NCBI GenBank assembly: GCA_029267825.1
Contig: JAJUHO010000001.1
Span: 1 to 52,343 of the forward strand
Reading direction: 5' to 3'
DNA: 52,343 bases
DNA from: Oscillospiraceae bacterium
Lineage (GTDB): Bacteria; Bacillota; Clostridia; Oscillospirales; Ruminococcaceae
The notes under the pieces: model-generated
What the model was told of the DNA's origin: nothing
What the model saw: only the letters and a program-made list of their open reading frames with translations
The model's database searches: none
Position numbers and translations under genes: made by a program
Part shown: piece by piece, positions 8,863-18,808 of the stretch
Layout of the letters: each line of letters starts with the position of its first letter
Position numbering within the stretch: position 1 is the stretch's first letter

Positions 8863-9993
8863 TTAAATCCTCGTGCTGAGAAGAGGAGAATATTTTTCAC
8901 GGAATTTCTCAAAGCTATCATTTTCAATAGCCGCGCGTATTTTTTCCATCAGCGTATTATAAAAATAAAGGTTGTGCATAACCGCAAGTCTGCCGGCAAG
9001 CTGTTCATCAGCCTTAAAAAGATGCCTTAAATAGCTCCTTGAAAAATTTCTGCACGTCGGGCAATCACATTCTTCATCAACCGGCCTCGGATCTGTCGTG
9101 TAGCATTTATTAGTGACGTGCATTATACCTTTCCATGTAAACAAAGTAGCATGTCTTGCATTTCTGCTCGGCATTACGCAGTCAAAAAGGTCAACGCCCC
9201 TATACACAGCCTCAATTATGTTTTCAGGAGTGCCAACCCCCATAAGATACCTTGGTTTATTTTCAGGCATTATCGGTTCTACAGTTTCTATAATCCTATA
9301 CATTTCTTCTGCTGGTTCGCCAACCGCAAGTCCGCCTATGGCATATCCATCCAAGTCAAGCTTTGCTATTTCCTCCATATGCGAAATTCTTAAATCATCA
9401 AATGTGCAGCCCTGATTTATCCCAAAAAGCATTTGTTTCTTATTTATTGTATCATGCAAAGCATTAAGTCTTTCCATCTCTTCTTTGCATCTATAAAGCC
9501 ATCTTGTTGTTCTTTCGCAGGATTTTTTTGAATACTCATACTTTGCAGGGTTTTCAACGCATTCATCAAATGCCATGGCAATCGTCGAACCAAGATTTGA
9601 TTGTATCTGCATGCTTTCCTCAGGCCCCATAAAAATTTTTCTGCCATCTACATGTGAGCTGAAATACACGCCCTCTTCCTTAATCTTTCGCAAGGAGGCA
9701 AGCGAAAAGACCTGAAATCCTCCGCTGTCGGTAAGTATTGGCCGGTTCCAGTTCATAAATTTATGAAGTCCGCCCATTTCTTTAATAACCTTATCTCCCG
9801 GTCTTACATGCAGATGATAGGTATTGCAAAGTTCAACTTGGCATTTTAACTCAACTAAATCAATTGAAGAAACTCCGCCTTTTATTGCCGCAGATGTACC
9901 TACATTCATAAAACAAGGCGTCTGAACAATCCCATGAACTGTATGAAACTCACCGCGTCTTGCTTTATTTTCCTTTTTTAAAAGCTTAAACAT
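8863..9993 (-). CDS. tgt: Queuine tRNA-ribosyltransferase (tRNA-guanine transglycosylase)
   Basis: 376 aa. Motifs: ILTDSGGFQV, GLAVGEP, and the Zn site CDCPTC...H. Canonical queA-tgt order. Confidence 0.95.
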   Translation of the reverse strand: MFKLLKKENKARRGEFHTVHGIVQTPCFMNVGTSAAIKGGVSSIDLVELKCQVELCNTYHLHVRPGDKVIKEMGGLHKFMNWNRPILTDSGGFQVFSLASLRKIKEEGVYFSSHVDGRKIFMGPEESMQIQSNLGSTIAMAFDECVENPAKYEYSKKSCERTTRWLYRCKEEMERLNALHDTINKKQMLFGINQGCTFDDLRISHMEEIAKLDLDGYAIGGLAVGEPAEEMYRIIETVEPIMPENKPRYLMGVGTPENIIEAVYRGVDLFDCVMPSRNARHATLFTWKGIMHVTNKCYTTDPRPVDEECDCPTCRNFSRSYLRHLFKADEQLAGRLAVMHNLYFYNTLMEKIRAAIENDSFEKFREKYSPLLSTRI

Positions 9994-10009
9994 CCTATTA
10001 CCATTCCCA

Positions 10010-11035
10010 TCATAAAATAATCATTGCATCGCCAAAGCTGAAAAAACGGTATTTTTCATCAACGGCAATCTTGTATGCATTCATTGTTTTTTCATAACCA
10101 AGAAAAGCACTTACCAGCATTATCAAAGTGCTTTCCGGAAGATGAAAATTTGTTATCAGCCCATCAATAGCTTTAAATTTATACCCGGGACTGATGAAAA
10201 TATCCGTATACCCCTCTCTTTCAGAAAATTCACCGAAAAACGTTGCAACGCTTTCAAGGGTTCTGCACGAAGTCGTACCGACAGCTATTACCCTTCCTCC
10301 TTCGGCTTTGGTCTTGTTTATCAAATCCGCAGTTTCCTTTGGCAAAAAATAATGCTCGGAATGCATCTTATGCTCCGATATATCCTCAACTTTAACCGGA
10401 CGGAAAGTTCCAAGCCCAACATGAAGTGTAACGTATGCAATGTTAACCCCCATATCCTTAATCTCATCAAGCATTTCAGGAGTAAAATGAAGCCCTGCCG
10501 TCGGCGCCGCAGCAGATCCCGGTTCTTTTGAATAAACCGTTTGATACCTTTCATTATTTTCAAGCTTTTCCTTAATATAAGGGGGCAATGGCATTTGCCC
10601 TATCTTTTCAAGCACATTAAAAAAATTCCCCTCACAAGAGAATTTTACAATACGGTTTCCACTTTCCAAGACCTCAATCACTTCCGCCGTCATAAGTCCA
10701 TCGCCAAAAGAAAATTTAGTTCCAGCCTTTGCCTTTTTGCCAGGACGGCATATTATTTCCCAAACCATATTCCCTTTTTGCTCCAAAAGCAAAAATTCAA
10801 TAAAAGTTTTATTATCACATTTTTCGCCATAAAGTCTTGCCGGCAAAACCCTTGAATTATTAAGCACCAGCAAGTCACCTTTTTTTAAATAGCGGCATAG
10901 ATTATAGAAACGGTCATGTATCACTTCTCCGCTTTCCCTGTCAATTTTCATAAGCCTTGACGCATTCCTCGGCTCTATCGGAGTTTGAGCAATCAGTTCT
11001 TCCGGAAGTTCATAATAAAAATCTGAAGTTTTCAT
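10010..11035 (-). CDS. queA: S-adenosylmethionine:tRNA ribosyltransferase-isomerase
   Basis: [19 protein letters not shown]... is the typical QueA N-terminus, and [10 protein letters not shown] is also present. I prefer the ATG at 11035 over the TTG at 11038 that opens the ORF-track entry. Confidence 0.95.
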   Translation of the reverse strand: MKTSDFYYELPEELIAQTPIEPRNASRLMKIDRESGEVIHDRFYNLCRYLKKGDLLVLNNSRVLPARLYGEKCDNKTFIEFLLLEQKGNMVWEIICRPGKKAKAGTKFSFGDGLMTAEVIEVLESGNRIVKFSCEGNFFNVLEKIGQMPLPPYIKEKLENNERYQTVYSKEPGSAAAPTAGLHFTPEMLDEIKDMGVNIAYVTLHVGLGTFRPVKVEDISEHKMHSEHYFLPKETADLINKTKAEGGRVIAVGTTSCRTLESVATFFGEFSEREGYTDIFISPGYKFKAIDGLITNFHLPESTLIMLVSAFLGYEKTMNAYKIAVDEKYRFFSFGDAMIIL

Positions 11036-11093
11036 CAAAAAATATTCCTTTCAGTGCTTTTTAATGTGTACTTTAATAAATTTAAAATAATCA

Positions 11094-11122
11094 TTGACAC
11101 ATCAAAATAAAAATGATATTAT
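11094..11122 (+). promoter_or_regulatory. Sigma-A-type promoter of the L-box/asd operon
   Basis: TTGACA (11094-11099), a 17-nt spacer, then TATTAT (11117-11122). It lies about 17 nt upstream of the riboswitch P1 stem. Confidence 0.6.
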
Positions 11123-11138
11123 AAAAATATAAATATTC

Positions 11139-11306
11139 GGATAGAGGCGCGGCTGCGAAAAGTAATTTCCTTGAGAAAGCCTTATTTCTATGATGGGAAA
11201 CGAAAGGCAAGGCCGCCGAAGGATGTTGGTTTAAGGCGCCGGCAATCCTGGTTGCAAGCCGAACAGGTTTGCAATTGTCATCATGCGGTGTGATGGAGAG
11301 CTATCG
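11139..11306 (+). promoter_or_regulatory. Lysine riboswitch (L-box) aptamer
   Basis: GGATAGAGGCGC...GGGAAACGAAAGG...GCCGCCGAAGG...CTGG...ATTGTCA...GATGGAGAGCTATC. The conserved L-box blocks AGAGGCGC, GCCGAAG, TGTCA and GGAGAGC are present, and P1 is closed by GATAG/CTATC. It sits upstream of lysine-pathway genes. Confidence 0.85.
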
Positions 11307-11368
11307 ACATATGAATGCCGAATTCAATATCGGCTCAAAGTGTCAACATTTCTATTATATTGCATGAT

Positions 11369-11393
11369 GAACCGGTTTTCAACCGGTTTTTTT
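11369..11393 (+). terminator. Riboswitch-controlled intrinsic terminator (expression platform)
   Basis: Stem AACCGG (11370-11375) / CCGGTT (11383-11388), 7-nt loop, run of 7 T. It lies 47 nt before the asd ATG. Confidence 0.6.
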
Positions 11394-11440
11394 AATATTT
11401 ATAAAATCTGTTAAAAATTTTAACCAAAAGGAGCATACTT

Positions 11441-12520
11441 ATGAAGCAATTTAAAGTTGGCATTATAGGCGCTACGGGAATGGTTGGACAGAGATTTTCC
11501 ATTCTGCTTGAAAATCATCCTTGGTTTAAGGTTACTGTTGTTGCGGCTTCACCGCGTTCAAAAGGCAAAACCCTTGAAGAGGCAATAGGAAATCGTTGGG
11601 CTATGTCAAAGCCTATTCCGGAAAGCATAAAAAACCTTATCGTTTATGATGCCACTGCGGATATAAAAGAAATAGCATCCCAAGTCGATTTTGTATTTTG
11701 TGCGGTAGATATGAAAAAAGACGAAATCAAAGCCCTTGAAGAAGCCTATGCAAAAGCGGAATGCCCGGTTATTTCAAACAATTCGGCTCACAGGGGCACG
11801 CCGGACGTTCCTATGATTATTCCGGAAGTAAATCCGGAACATGCGGAAATAATACATTCGCAGCGCAAAAGGCTTGGTACAAAAAGAGGCTTTATAGCAG
11901 TTAAATCCAACTGCTCAATACAAAGCTATGTTCCCGCCCTTGCACCGCTTATGGATTATGGTGTGACAAAGTGTCTTGCATGCACCTATCAGGCTATTTC
12001 AGGTGCAGGAAAAACTTTTGAAACTTGGCCGGAAATGGTTGATAATCTTATACCTTTCATTGGCGGTGAAGAAGAAAAATCAGAACTTGAACCTCTTAAG
12101 GTTTGGGGTAAAATTGAGGATGGCAAAATTGTAAATGCTTCTTCCCCATCCATTACAACACAGTGCCTTAGGGTACCTGTTTCTGACGGACATACCGCTG
12201 CAGTATTCGTGTCTTTTGAAAAAAAGCCTGCAAAAGAAGAAATATTGAAACTTTGGAAAGAATTTAAAGGTGTTCCACAGGAATTAAAACTTCCATCCGC
12301 ACCAAAGCAGTTCCTCAATTATTTTGAAGAAGACAACCGTCCTCAGGCAAAACTTGACAGGGATTTGGAAAATGGAATGGCAATTTCTATTGGCCGCCTA
12401 AGAGAAGACAGCCAATATGACTACAAATTCGTATGCCTCTCCCACAATACGGTAAGGGGTGCTGCCGGCGGAGCTGTTTTAATGGCTGAACTTCTTGCCG
12501 CAAAAGGATTTTTAGATTAA
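11441..12520 (+). CDS. asd: Aspartate-semialdehyde dehydrogenase
   Basis: 359 aa. GATGMVGQR Rossmann motif, active-site NCSIQ, HNTVRGAAGGAV near the C-terminus. AAAGGAG RBS. Confidence 0.95.
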   Translation: MKQFKVGIIGATGMVGQRFSILLENHPWFKVTVVAASPRSKGKTLEEAIGNRWAMSKPIPESIKNLIVYDATADIKEIASQVDFVFCAVDMKKDEIKALEEAYAKAECPVISNNSAHRGTPDVPMIIPEVNPEHAEIIHSQRKRLGTKRGFIAVKSNCSIQSYVPALAPLMDYGVTKCLACTYQAISGAGKTFETWPEMVDNLIPFIGGEEEKSELEPLKVWGKIEDGKIVNASSPSITTQCLRVPVSDGHTAAVFVSFEKKPAKEEILKLWKEFKGVPQELKLPSAPKQFLNYFEEDNRPQAKLDRDLENGMAISIGRLREDSQYDYKFVCLSHNTVRGAAGGAVLMAELLAAKGFLD

Positions 12521-12549
12521 GTTTTATTACATTTTAAAAGGGTGATATT

Positions 12550-13440
12550 ATGAAAAATACCGTTTTTACAGGAGCCGGAGTGGCAATCGTCACCCCTATG
12601 AACAAAGATGGAAGCGTAAATTACGCAAAGCTGCGGGAACTTATAGATTTTCAGATTGAAAATGGAACGGATGCAATAATTATATGCGGAACAACGGGAG
12701 AATCTTCTACTTTAACCGATGATGAACACGTTAAGTGCATCCAAATTGCAGTTGAACAGACGAAAAAAAGGGTTCCGGTAATTGCCGGAACCGGCAGCAA
12801 TGACACAAGATACGCAATAGAGCTTTCAAAAGAAGCTCAGGGCCTTGGAGCTGATGCTCTGCTGCTTGTAAGCCCATACTACAACAAAACATCACAGCGT
12901 GGTCTTGTTGCGCATTTTACAGCAATCGCTGACAGTGTGGATATTCCGATAGTGCTTTACAACATCCCTCCAAGAACCAATGTAAATATAGCAATTGATA
13001 CTTTTGTACAGCTTTCAAAACATAAAAATATTGTCGCAGTAAAAGAGGCTGGCGGGAGCATAAGCTATGTTGCTGAAATAATTGCCGCATGCGGCGAAAA
13101 TCTCGACGTTTACAGCGGAAACGACGACCAAATCGTCCCCATAATGTCGCTTGGAGGAAAGGGAGTTATTTCCGTTCTTTCAAACATAATGCCAAAAGAA
13201 ACACATATGATGACAAAGCTTTGTCTTGAAAATAATTTCCACGAAGCGGCGAAAATGCAAATAGAACTTTTAAAGCTTATAAACAATCTTTTCATTGACG
13301 TAAACCCGATACCGGTGAAAGAAGCCATGAACCTTATGGGTATGGATGTTGGCGAATGCAGGCTTCCGCTTATAAAAATGGAGCAAAAAAAGATTGACGC
13401 TCTTGCCGAATCCATGAAAAAAGCAGGACTTATCAAATAA
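12550..13440 (+). CDS. dapA: 4-hydroxy-tetrahydrodipicolinate synthase
   Basis: 296 aa. Motifs: GTTGESSTLT, LLVSPYYNK, VAVKEA (Schiff-base Lys region). Confidence 0.95.
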   Translation: MKNTVFTGAGVAIVTPMNKDGSVNYAKLRELIDFQIENGTDAIIICGTTGESSTLTDDEHVKCIQIAVEQTKKRVPVIAGTGSNDTRYAIELSKEAQGLGADALLLVSPYYNKTSQRGLVAHFTAIADSVDIPIVLYNIPPRTNVNIAIDTFVQLSKHKNIVAVKEAGGSISYVAEIIAACGENLDVYSGNDDQIVPIMSLGGKGVISVLSNIMPKETHMMTKLCLENNFHEAAKMQIELLKLINNLFIDVNPIPVKEAMNLMGMDVGECRLPLIKMEQKKIDALAESMKKAGLIK

Positions 13441-13452
13441 TATTATTAAGGA

Positions 13453-14211
13453 ATGATTAACTTGACCGATATAGCTATATGCGGCTGCAACGGTAAAATG
13501 GGAAAGGTAATATACAGCATCATAAAAGAACGCAACGATTGCCGCGTTGTCGCCGGAATTGATGTAAACACTGATAAGTATGCCGATTTCCCCGTTTTCT
13601 CTACGCCAAATGAAATGAACGTAAAACCTGACGTCATAATTGATTTTTCACATCCGTCTTCACTTGAACCACTCATAGAATACGGGCTTTCCTCCGGCTG
13701 TGCAATAGTTTTTGCTACAACAGGATATTCGGCCGAACAAATCGCTAAAATTAAAAAAGCTTCAGAGCAAATTCCGGTATTCTTTACGTTCAACATGTCG
13801 CTTGGAATAAATTTGCTTGTGGAGCTTGCAAAAAAAGCAACTTCGGTTTTGGGCGGACAGTTTGACATTGAAATTGTAGAAAAGCACCATAATCAAAAAA
13901 TCGATTCCCCAAGCGGCACGGCTTTAATGCTTGCAGATGCAATAAATGAAACTCTCGGCAACTCATGCCAATATGTATATGACAGACACTCGCGCAGACA
14001 AAAACGCGATAAAAACGAAATAGGCATTCATGCAATCAGAGGCGGAACTATTGTAGGCGAGCATGAAATCATCTTTGCCGGCCGCGATGAAATCATAACT
14101 CTCTCCCATTCGGCTACTTCAAAAGAAATTTTCGCCGTCGGAGCGGTGAACGCCGCAATTTTCCTGAAAGGCAAAAAAAGCGGGCTTTATAACATGTCAA
14201 ATCTGGTTTGA
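13453..14211 (+). CDS. dapB: 4-hydroxy-tetrahydrodipicolinate reductase
   Basis: 252 aa. Motifs: GCNGKMGK, EKHHNQKIDSPSGTA (E-x-HH-x-K-x-D-x-PSGTA signature), HSATSKEIFAVGAV. Confidence 0.95.
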   Translation: MINLTDIAICGCNGKMGKVIYSIIKERNDCRVVAGIDVNTDKYADFPVFSTPNEMNVKPDVIIDFSHPSSLEPLIEYGLSSGCAIVFATTGYSAEQIAKIKKASEQIPVFFTFNMSLGINLLVELAKKATSVLGGQFDIEIVEKHHNQKIDSPSGTALMLADAINETLGNSCQYVYDRHSRRQKRDKNEIGIHAIRGGTIVGEHEIIFAGRDEIITLSHSATSKEIFAVGAVNAAIFLKGKKSGLYNMSNLV

Positions 14212-14221
14212 TAAATAAAAT

Positions 14222-14256
14222 AAATTCCATGCCTTAAAATTGCAGGCATGGAATTT
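14222..14256. terminator. Bidirectional intrinsic terminator between dapB and the convergent mscS gene
   Basis: 13-bp perfect stem AAATTCCATGCCT (14222-14234) / AGGCATGGAATTT (14244-14256). T-rich on both sides. Confidence 0.8.
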
Positions 14257-14259
14257 ATT

Positions 14260-15087
14260 TTATGTCCCGGAAACCGGAATGACTGGGAATTTTATTCCGT
14301 TTTCATTGAATGCTTTTTTTACTTCTTCCAAAAGGTCAAAATTAAGGTTGAAGTAATTTTCAGAAGCAACCCAAACTTTTACTTCTATGCTTATTCCGTT
14401 CGGAACCTGTCCTCCCATTCTTATAAACGGTTCCGGATCCTTTAAAGCAATATTATTTTTATCTATTACTTCCTTAATTATTGAAATTGCCTTTTCATAG
14501 TCATTGTCATACGAAATTGAGAAACTCAGCTCAAGCTTTCTGAGCTTCTCTTGAGTAAAATTTATAATTTTTGCATTTGAAACTTGCCCATTGGGAATAA
14601 AAACCGCTTTATTATCCGACGTTAAAAGTTTAGTGTAAAGAATATTTATGCTTTCAACCTTTCCCGTAACACCGTTGGTTTCAATAAAATCACCAGCAAC
14701 AAAAGGTTTTGAAATTAAAATTATAAATCCTCCGGCTAAATTTGAAAGGCTGTTCTGCAAAGCAAGGCCTACCGCAAGGCCTGCAGCTCCTATAACAGCC
14801 ACAATTGAGCTCATAGGAACGCCAAGCACCGAAAGGGCAATCACTACCGCAAGAGTGTAAAACACAATTTTAACAAGCGATTTTAAAAATGCGTGTGCCG
14901 TTATATCCAGCTTGCTTTTGGACAAAGCTTTTTCCATTATCTTTACAAGGATTTTTGTAAAAATAATTCCTACAATAAAAACAACAACCGCAGTTATTAT
15001 TGTGGGTATAAAGTCAACAAATTTATTCCAAATTTTTTCCCACCATGAAAGATCCGCAACAATATTTTCAGGCGCAAGCAACATCAT
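14260..15087 (-). CDS. mscS: Small-conductance mechanosensitive channel (MscS family)
   Basis: 275 aa. Three N-terminal TM helices. Pore-helix-like AAGLAVGLALQNSLSNLAGGFIIL followed by PFVAGDFIE and a beta-domain. Confidence 0.85.
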   Translation of the reverse strand: MMLLAPENIVADLSWWEKIWNKFVDFIPTIITAVVVFIVGIIFTKILVKIMEKALSKSKLDITAHAFLKSLVKIVFYTLAVVIALSVLGVPMSSIVAVIGAAGLAVGLALQNSLSNLAGGFIILISKPFVAGDFIETNGVTGKVESINILYTKLLTSDNKAVFIPNGQVSNAKIINFTQEKLRKLELSFSISYDNDYEKAISIIKEVIDKNNIALKDPEPFIRMGGQVPNGISIEVKVWVASENYFNLNFDLLEEVKKAFNENGIKFPVIPVSGT

Positions 15088-15204
15088 GATATCTCCTCAT
15101 TTTTATTACTTTTTAACAATTATAACTTTTTAAAGCTTTTTTTGTCAATAAGTATATTACAAATAAAAATAAATATGTTTGTGAAAAAAATATCTAATTT
15201 AATA

Positions 15205-15233
15205 TTGCAATTTAGGGCATCATAAGGTATAAT
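15205..15233 (+). promoter_or_regulatory. Sigma-A-type promoter for the decarboxylase gamma/beta genes
   Basis: TTGCAA (15205-15210), a 17-nt spacer, then TATAAT (15228-15233). Confidence 0.5.
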
Positions 15234-15279
15234 AAAGTTGTTGTTTTATTATTTGCTTAGCAAAGGAGAGTGAAAAAAT

Positions 15280-15639
15280 ATGCCTATGAGCGACGTTATA
15301 GCAATAACCTTTACCGGGTTGGTAATAGTTTTTTGCGGGTTGATTATTTTAATTGCTTTTGTTTCTATTTTAAGCATGATATTAAAAAAATCAAAATCAG
15401 ACGAAAAGCCTGTGCCTAAAACAATTTCTGCTCCCGCCCCGGCGCCTGTGTCCGTTCCGTCGGCGCAAATTGAGGACGGAATAAGCGATGAGGTAATTGC
15501 GGTTATTTCAGCGGCAATAGCAGCTATGTCAGACTCTGACAACACCGTTTATGCCGTGCGCAGCATTAAAAAAGTTGCTAAGGTCGGCAGACCTGTTTGG
15601 GCGGCAGCCGGACTTCACGAAAACACTCGTGCATTTTAA
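15280..15639 (+). CDS. OadG-family gamma subunit of a Na+-translocating decarboxylase
   Basis: 119 aa. AAAGGAGAG RBS. N-terminal TM helix ITFTGLVIVFCGLIILIAFVSIL, then a Pro/Ala-rich linker (PAPAPVSVP) and EVIAVISAAIAAM, as in OadG-like proteins. It lies directly upstream of the beta subunit. Confidence 0.75.
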   Translation: MPMSDVIAITFTGLVIVFCGLIILIAFVSILSMILKKSKSDEKPVPKTISAPAPAPVSVPSAQIEDGISDEVIAVISAAIAAMSDSDNTVYAVRSIKKVAKVGRPVWAAAGLHENTRAF

Positions 15640-15677
15640 ATTGACTGCGCAATTTTTTGAACAGAAAGGGATTTTCT

Positions 15678-16865
15678 ATGTTTGAAACCTTTGTTAAAAC
15701 AATATCAAACCTTGCAGCCACATCAGGTTTTTCAGCTTTTACATGGCGCGAAGGTTTGATGCTTTTAATTGCCTTTGTTTTCCTTTATCTTGCAATCAAA
15801 AAGCAATATGAACCTCTTCTCCTTTTGCCGATTTCATTTGGAATATTGCTTGCAAACCTTCCTCTTGCAAACCTTACATCATATTCCGGTCCGGCAGACG
15901 GTGAAGTAGGCGGACTTCTCTACTATCTCTACCAAGGTGTACACTACGGAATTTATCCTCCGCTTATCTTCCTTGGAATAGGCTGTATGACTGACTTCGG
16001 TCCACTTATTGCCAATCCCAAAAGCTTTCTTTTGGGCGCCGCCGCACAGGGAGGAATTTTCTTTACGTTTATTTTTGCGGCTCTTTTGGGATTTGCACCG
16101 CAAGAATGTGCCTCAATTGCTATCATAGGCGGAGCGGACGGGCCTACAACCATTTACGTTACTTCAAGAATGCTTTCGCATCCTGAAATTTACGGTCAAA
16201 ACGGAACTTTCTCGATTGACCTTGGAACGGTTGCCGTTGCGGCATATTCTTATATGGCGCTTGTGCCAATTATCCAGCCGCCTATAATGAAACTTCTTAC
16301 AACCAAAAAAGAACGTTCTGTTGTTATGGAACAGCTTCGCCCGGTTTCCAAAACGGAAAAAGTTATTTTCCCAATTGCCGTAACCGTTGTTGTATCGCTT
16401 CTTGTTCCTTCAGCAGCAACTCTTGTTGGAATGCTTATGCTTGGAAACCTTATTAAGGAAAGTGGCGTATGTGAAAGACTTTGCAAAACTGCCCAAAATG
16501 AGCTTATGAATATAATTACCATTTTCCTTGGAGTTACCGTTGGAGCAACCACTACAGCAGATAAAATAGTAAGCCTTAATACTCTTAAAATAATACTTCT
16601 CGGGTTGCTTGCTTTCTCGTTTGGCACAGCTTGCGGAGTACTTATTGGCAAGCTTATGTATTTGTTCAGCGGAGGAAAGATAAATCCTCTCATAGGTTCT
16701 GCAGGAGTATCTGCTGTTCCTATGGCTGCAAGAGTATCTCAAAAAGTCGGCGCAGAAACAAATCCGACAAACTTCCTTCTCATGCATGCTATGGGCCCAA
16801 ACGTTGCTGGTGTTATCGGTTCTGCAGTTGCTGCCGGTGTTCTGCTTAGCATTATACCTCATTAA
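15678..16865 (+). CDS. Na+-translocating decarboxylase beta subunit (OadB/MmdB/GcdB family)
   Basis: I prefer the ATG at 15678 because GAAAGGGA lies upstream. It is colinear with remembered OadB blocks: [99 protein letters not shown]. Confidence 0.92.
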   Translation: MFETFVKTISNLAATSGFSAFTWREGLMLLIAFVFLYLAIKKQYEPLLLLPISFGILLANLPLANLTSYSGPADGEVGGLLYYLYQGVHYGIYPPLIFLGIGCMTDFGPLIANPKSFLLGAAAQGGIFFTFIFAALLGFAPQECASIAIIGGADGPTTIYVTSRMLSHPEIYGQNGTFSIDLGTVAVAAYSYMALVPIIQPPIMKLLTTKKERSVVMEQLRPVSKTEKVIFPIAVTVVVSLLVPSAATLVGMLMLGNLIKESGVCERLCKTAQNELMNIITIFLGVTVGATTTADKIVSLNTLKIILLGLLAFSFGTACGVLIGKLMYLFSGGKINPLIGSAGVSAVPMAARVSQKVGAETNPTNFLLMHAMGPNVAGVIGSAVAAGVLLSIIPH

Positions 16866-16876
16866 AGTTATACATA

Positions 16877-16912
16877 AAAACCTACCGTTTAAAATGGCAG
16901 GTTTTTATATTT
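16877..16912. terminator. Intrinsic terminator after the decarboxylase beta gene
   Basis: Imperfect hairpin ACCTACCG...GGCAGGT flanked by AAAAA upstream and TTTTTATATTTTT downstream. It is usable from both strands. Confidence 0.55.
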
Positions 16913-16920
16913 TTACTACT

Positions 16921-16960
16921 AACAACAGCCGATAAACTTTTTTGTTTATCGGCTGTTGTT
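16921..16960. terminator. 17-bp perfect hairpin abutting the mreB stop codon
   Basis: AACAACAGCCGATAAAC (16921-16937) / GTTTATCGGCTGTTGTT (16944-16960), loop TTTTTT. There is no U-tract on the mreB side, so it probably acts together with the neighbouring hairpin at 16877-16912. Confidence 0.55.
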
Positions 16961-17977
16961 TTAATAATTATAAAGTGAAATGCACTGAAATCCATCAAGC
17001 AACTTATCAAGCATTTTAAAAGCTATTCCTGTGCCCTTTGCAACACATAAAATAGGATCATCAGCAACAATACAAGGAACTCCCGTCATTTTTGAAATAA
17101 GTTTATCAAGTCCACCTATCATTGCTCCACCACCAGTCAATATAATCCCACTGTTATATATATCACCAACAAGTTCCGGCGGTGTGCTTTCCAAAACGCT
17201 CTTTATGGCGTCAATAATTTCAAAAATTAAATCCTTAACCGCATTAAAAATATCCATATCAGAAATTTCAATTTTTTCCGGAAGGCCTTTTATAAGGTTT
17301 CTTCCCTTTACAAACATTTTTTTGCTGCCGTCAGGATCAAAAACATTTGTAATGCTCTTTTTAGCAAATTCGGCTGTCTTTTCCCCTATAAGTATCCTGT
17401 ATTTATCAGAAACATAGCGAATGATAGCTTGATCAAGCTTATTTCCGGCAAGCTTAAGCGATGTTGAACGGACAATTCCATTTAAAGAAACAACCGCTAT
17501 ATCTGTTGTCCCTCCCCCTATGTCAACCACCATTCTTCCGCAAGGCTCGGAAATATCATATCCTGCCCCAAGGATAGCTGCAATCGGTTCTTGTATAAGG
17601 TAAACTTTTCTTGACCCTGCATTTCTTGCCGCTTCAACTACTGCTCTGCTTTCAACATCCGTAATAAGTGACGGAACACAAAGCACAATTCTTGGCCTTA
17701 TAAGCTGTTTGCCAGAAACCTTTAAAATAAATTCATTTATCATGCTTTCAGTCATTTGGTGGTCTGAAATAACCCCATCTGTCAATGGCTTTACAGCAAC
17801 AATATATTCTGGGGTTCTGCCTATCATTTTATAAGCTTCTTCCCCAACAGCAACAATTTGATTTGTCTTTTTATTATATGCTACTACCGATGGTTCATTA
17901 AGGACAATTCCTTTATTCCCCATAGTTATAATTATACTGGCGGTACCAAGGTCAATTCCAATATCCACAGAAGCCAT
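16961..17977 (-). CDS. mreB: Rod-shape-determining actin homolog MreB/Mbl
   Basis: 338 aa. Motifs: IGIDLGTASI, NEPSVVA, VVDIGGGTTDIAV, ILTGGGA. Confidence 0.9.
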   Translation of the reverse strand: MASVDIGIDLGTASIIITMGNKGIVLNEPSVVAYNKKTNQIVAVGEEAYKMIGRTPEYIVAVKPLTDGVISDHQMTESMINEFILKVSGKQLIRPRIVLCVPSLITDVESRAVVEAARNAGSRKVYLIQEPIAAILGAGYDISEPCGRMVVDIGGGTTDIAVVSLNGIVRSTSLKLAGNKLDQAIIRYVSDKYRILIGEKTAEFAKKSITNVFDPDGSKKMFVKGRNLIKGLPEKIEISDMDIFNAVKDLIFEIIDAIKSVLESTPPELVGDIYNSGIILTGGGAMIGGLDKLISKMTGVPCIVADDPILCVAKGTGIAFKMLDKLLDGFQCISLYNY

Positions 17978-18118
17978 TTTTGTTCCCTCTCAAAACATTT
18001 TGATAAAAAATTGCGTCAAGCGTAAACATTATAAAACTTATATAAAAAAATATATTATTTGCATTTTTTTGCTTAACTTTATATATTTTATCACTTTTTA
18101 ATTATTTTTTCAAGTATT

Positions 18119-18808
18119 TTATTCATTTTTTAAGCTCGTAGTCGCTGCAACAGCTCCGACAATTTTTTGAGCCCCAAGGCCTTTTAAAAGCCTTGCACAT
18201 TCATTAAGCGTGCTTCCGGTAGTAATTACATCGTCACATAAAATTATTTTTTTGCCATCTAATTTTACACTTTCATTTATAAAAAATTCATCTTTTGCAT
18301 TTAAAGCACGTTCTTTTACATTTAAAGTATGCTGCTCAATGCCGTTATCATTTTTGGACAATATATTTCTATTTAAAGGAATTTTTGTTCTTTGAGAAAT
18401 AAATTTTGCAATTTCTTCAGCCTGATTATAACCCCTTTCCGCCTTTTTTCTATTTGACATGGGAACCGGAACAATCATATCATAAATTTCTCCATCACAG
18501 GCAATCTTGCCAGAAAGAAAATCCGCAAAAATTTCTGCGGCATTTATTGCATTCTTCGTTTTTAAAGCTATAACCCCCTCTCTTGCAATGCCTTCATAAA
18601 AGCAAACCGTATGGCATTTGTCATAGTAAAGATTATTTGAGCATATGCATTGCTCTTTCCCACACGATGGGCAAACTTTTTCGTTAACAAAAGGAAGCTT
18701 AATTAAACATTCCTCACATGCAAGCTTGTCCCATCTTACAAATTTATCGCAAAAAGGGCATCTGTTTGGGAAAAATATATCCTGTATGAATTTTTCAAAT
18801 TTGCTCAT
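18119..18808 (-). CDS. comFC: ComF-family protein (ComFC-like; Zn-finger + phosphoribosyltransferase fold)
   Basis: I prefer the ATG at 18808 (MSKFEKFIQDIFFPNRCPFCDK...) over the TTG at 18826. N-terminal 4-Cys finger (CPFC...CEEC, CPSC). C-terminal PRT motif ILCDDVITTGST. It overlaps the recD2 stop by 14 nt. Confidence 0.8.
   Translation of the reverse strand: MSKFEKFIQDIFFPNRCPFCDKFVRWDKLACEECLIKLPFVNEKVCPSCGKEQCICSNNLYYDKCHTVCFYEGIAREGVIALKTKNAINAAEIFADFLSGKIACDGEIYDMIVPVPMSNRKKAERGYNQAEEIAKFISQRTKIPLNRNILSKNDNGIEQHTLNVKERALNAKDEFFINESVKLDGKKIILCDDVITTGSTLNECARLLKGLGAQKIVGAVAATTSLKNE

Noticed and set aside
8829-8927. N-terminal extensions in ORF-track entries: mntP to 8927, pnp to 23928, rpsO to 24407, xth to 40706, decarboxylase beta to 15657, GH115 to 29324, and the hypothetical gene to 21444.
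   Set aside because: In each case an internal start has a proper SD at 5-10 nt and reproduces the family's canonical N-terminus. The extensions overlap upstream genes or leader sequence.
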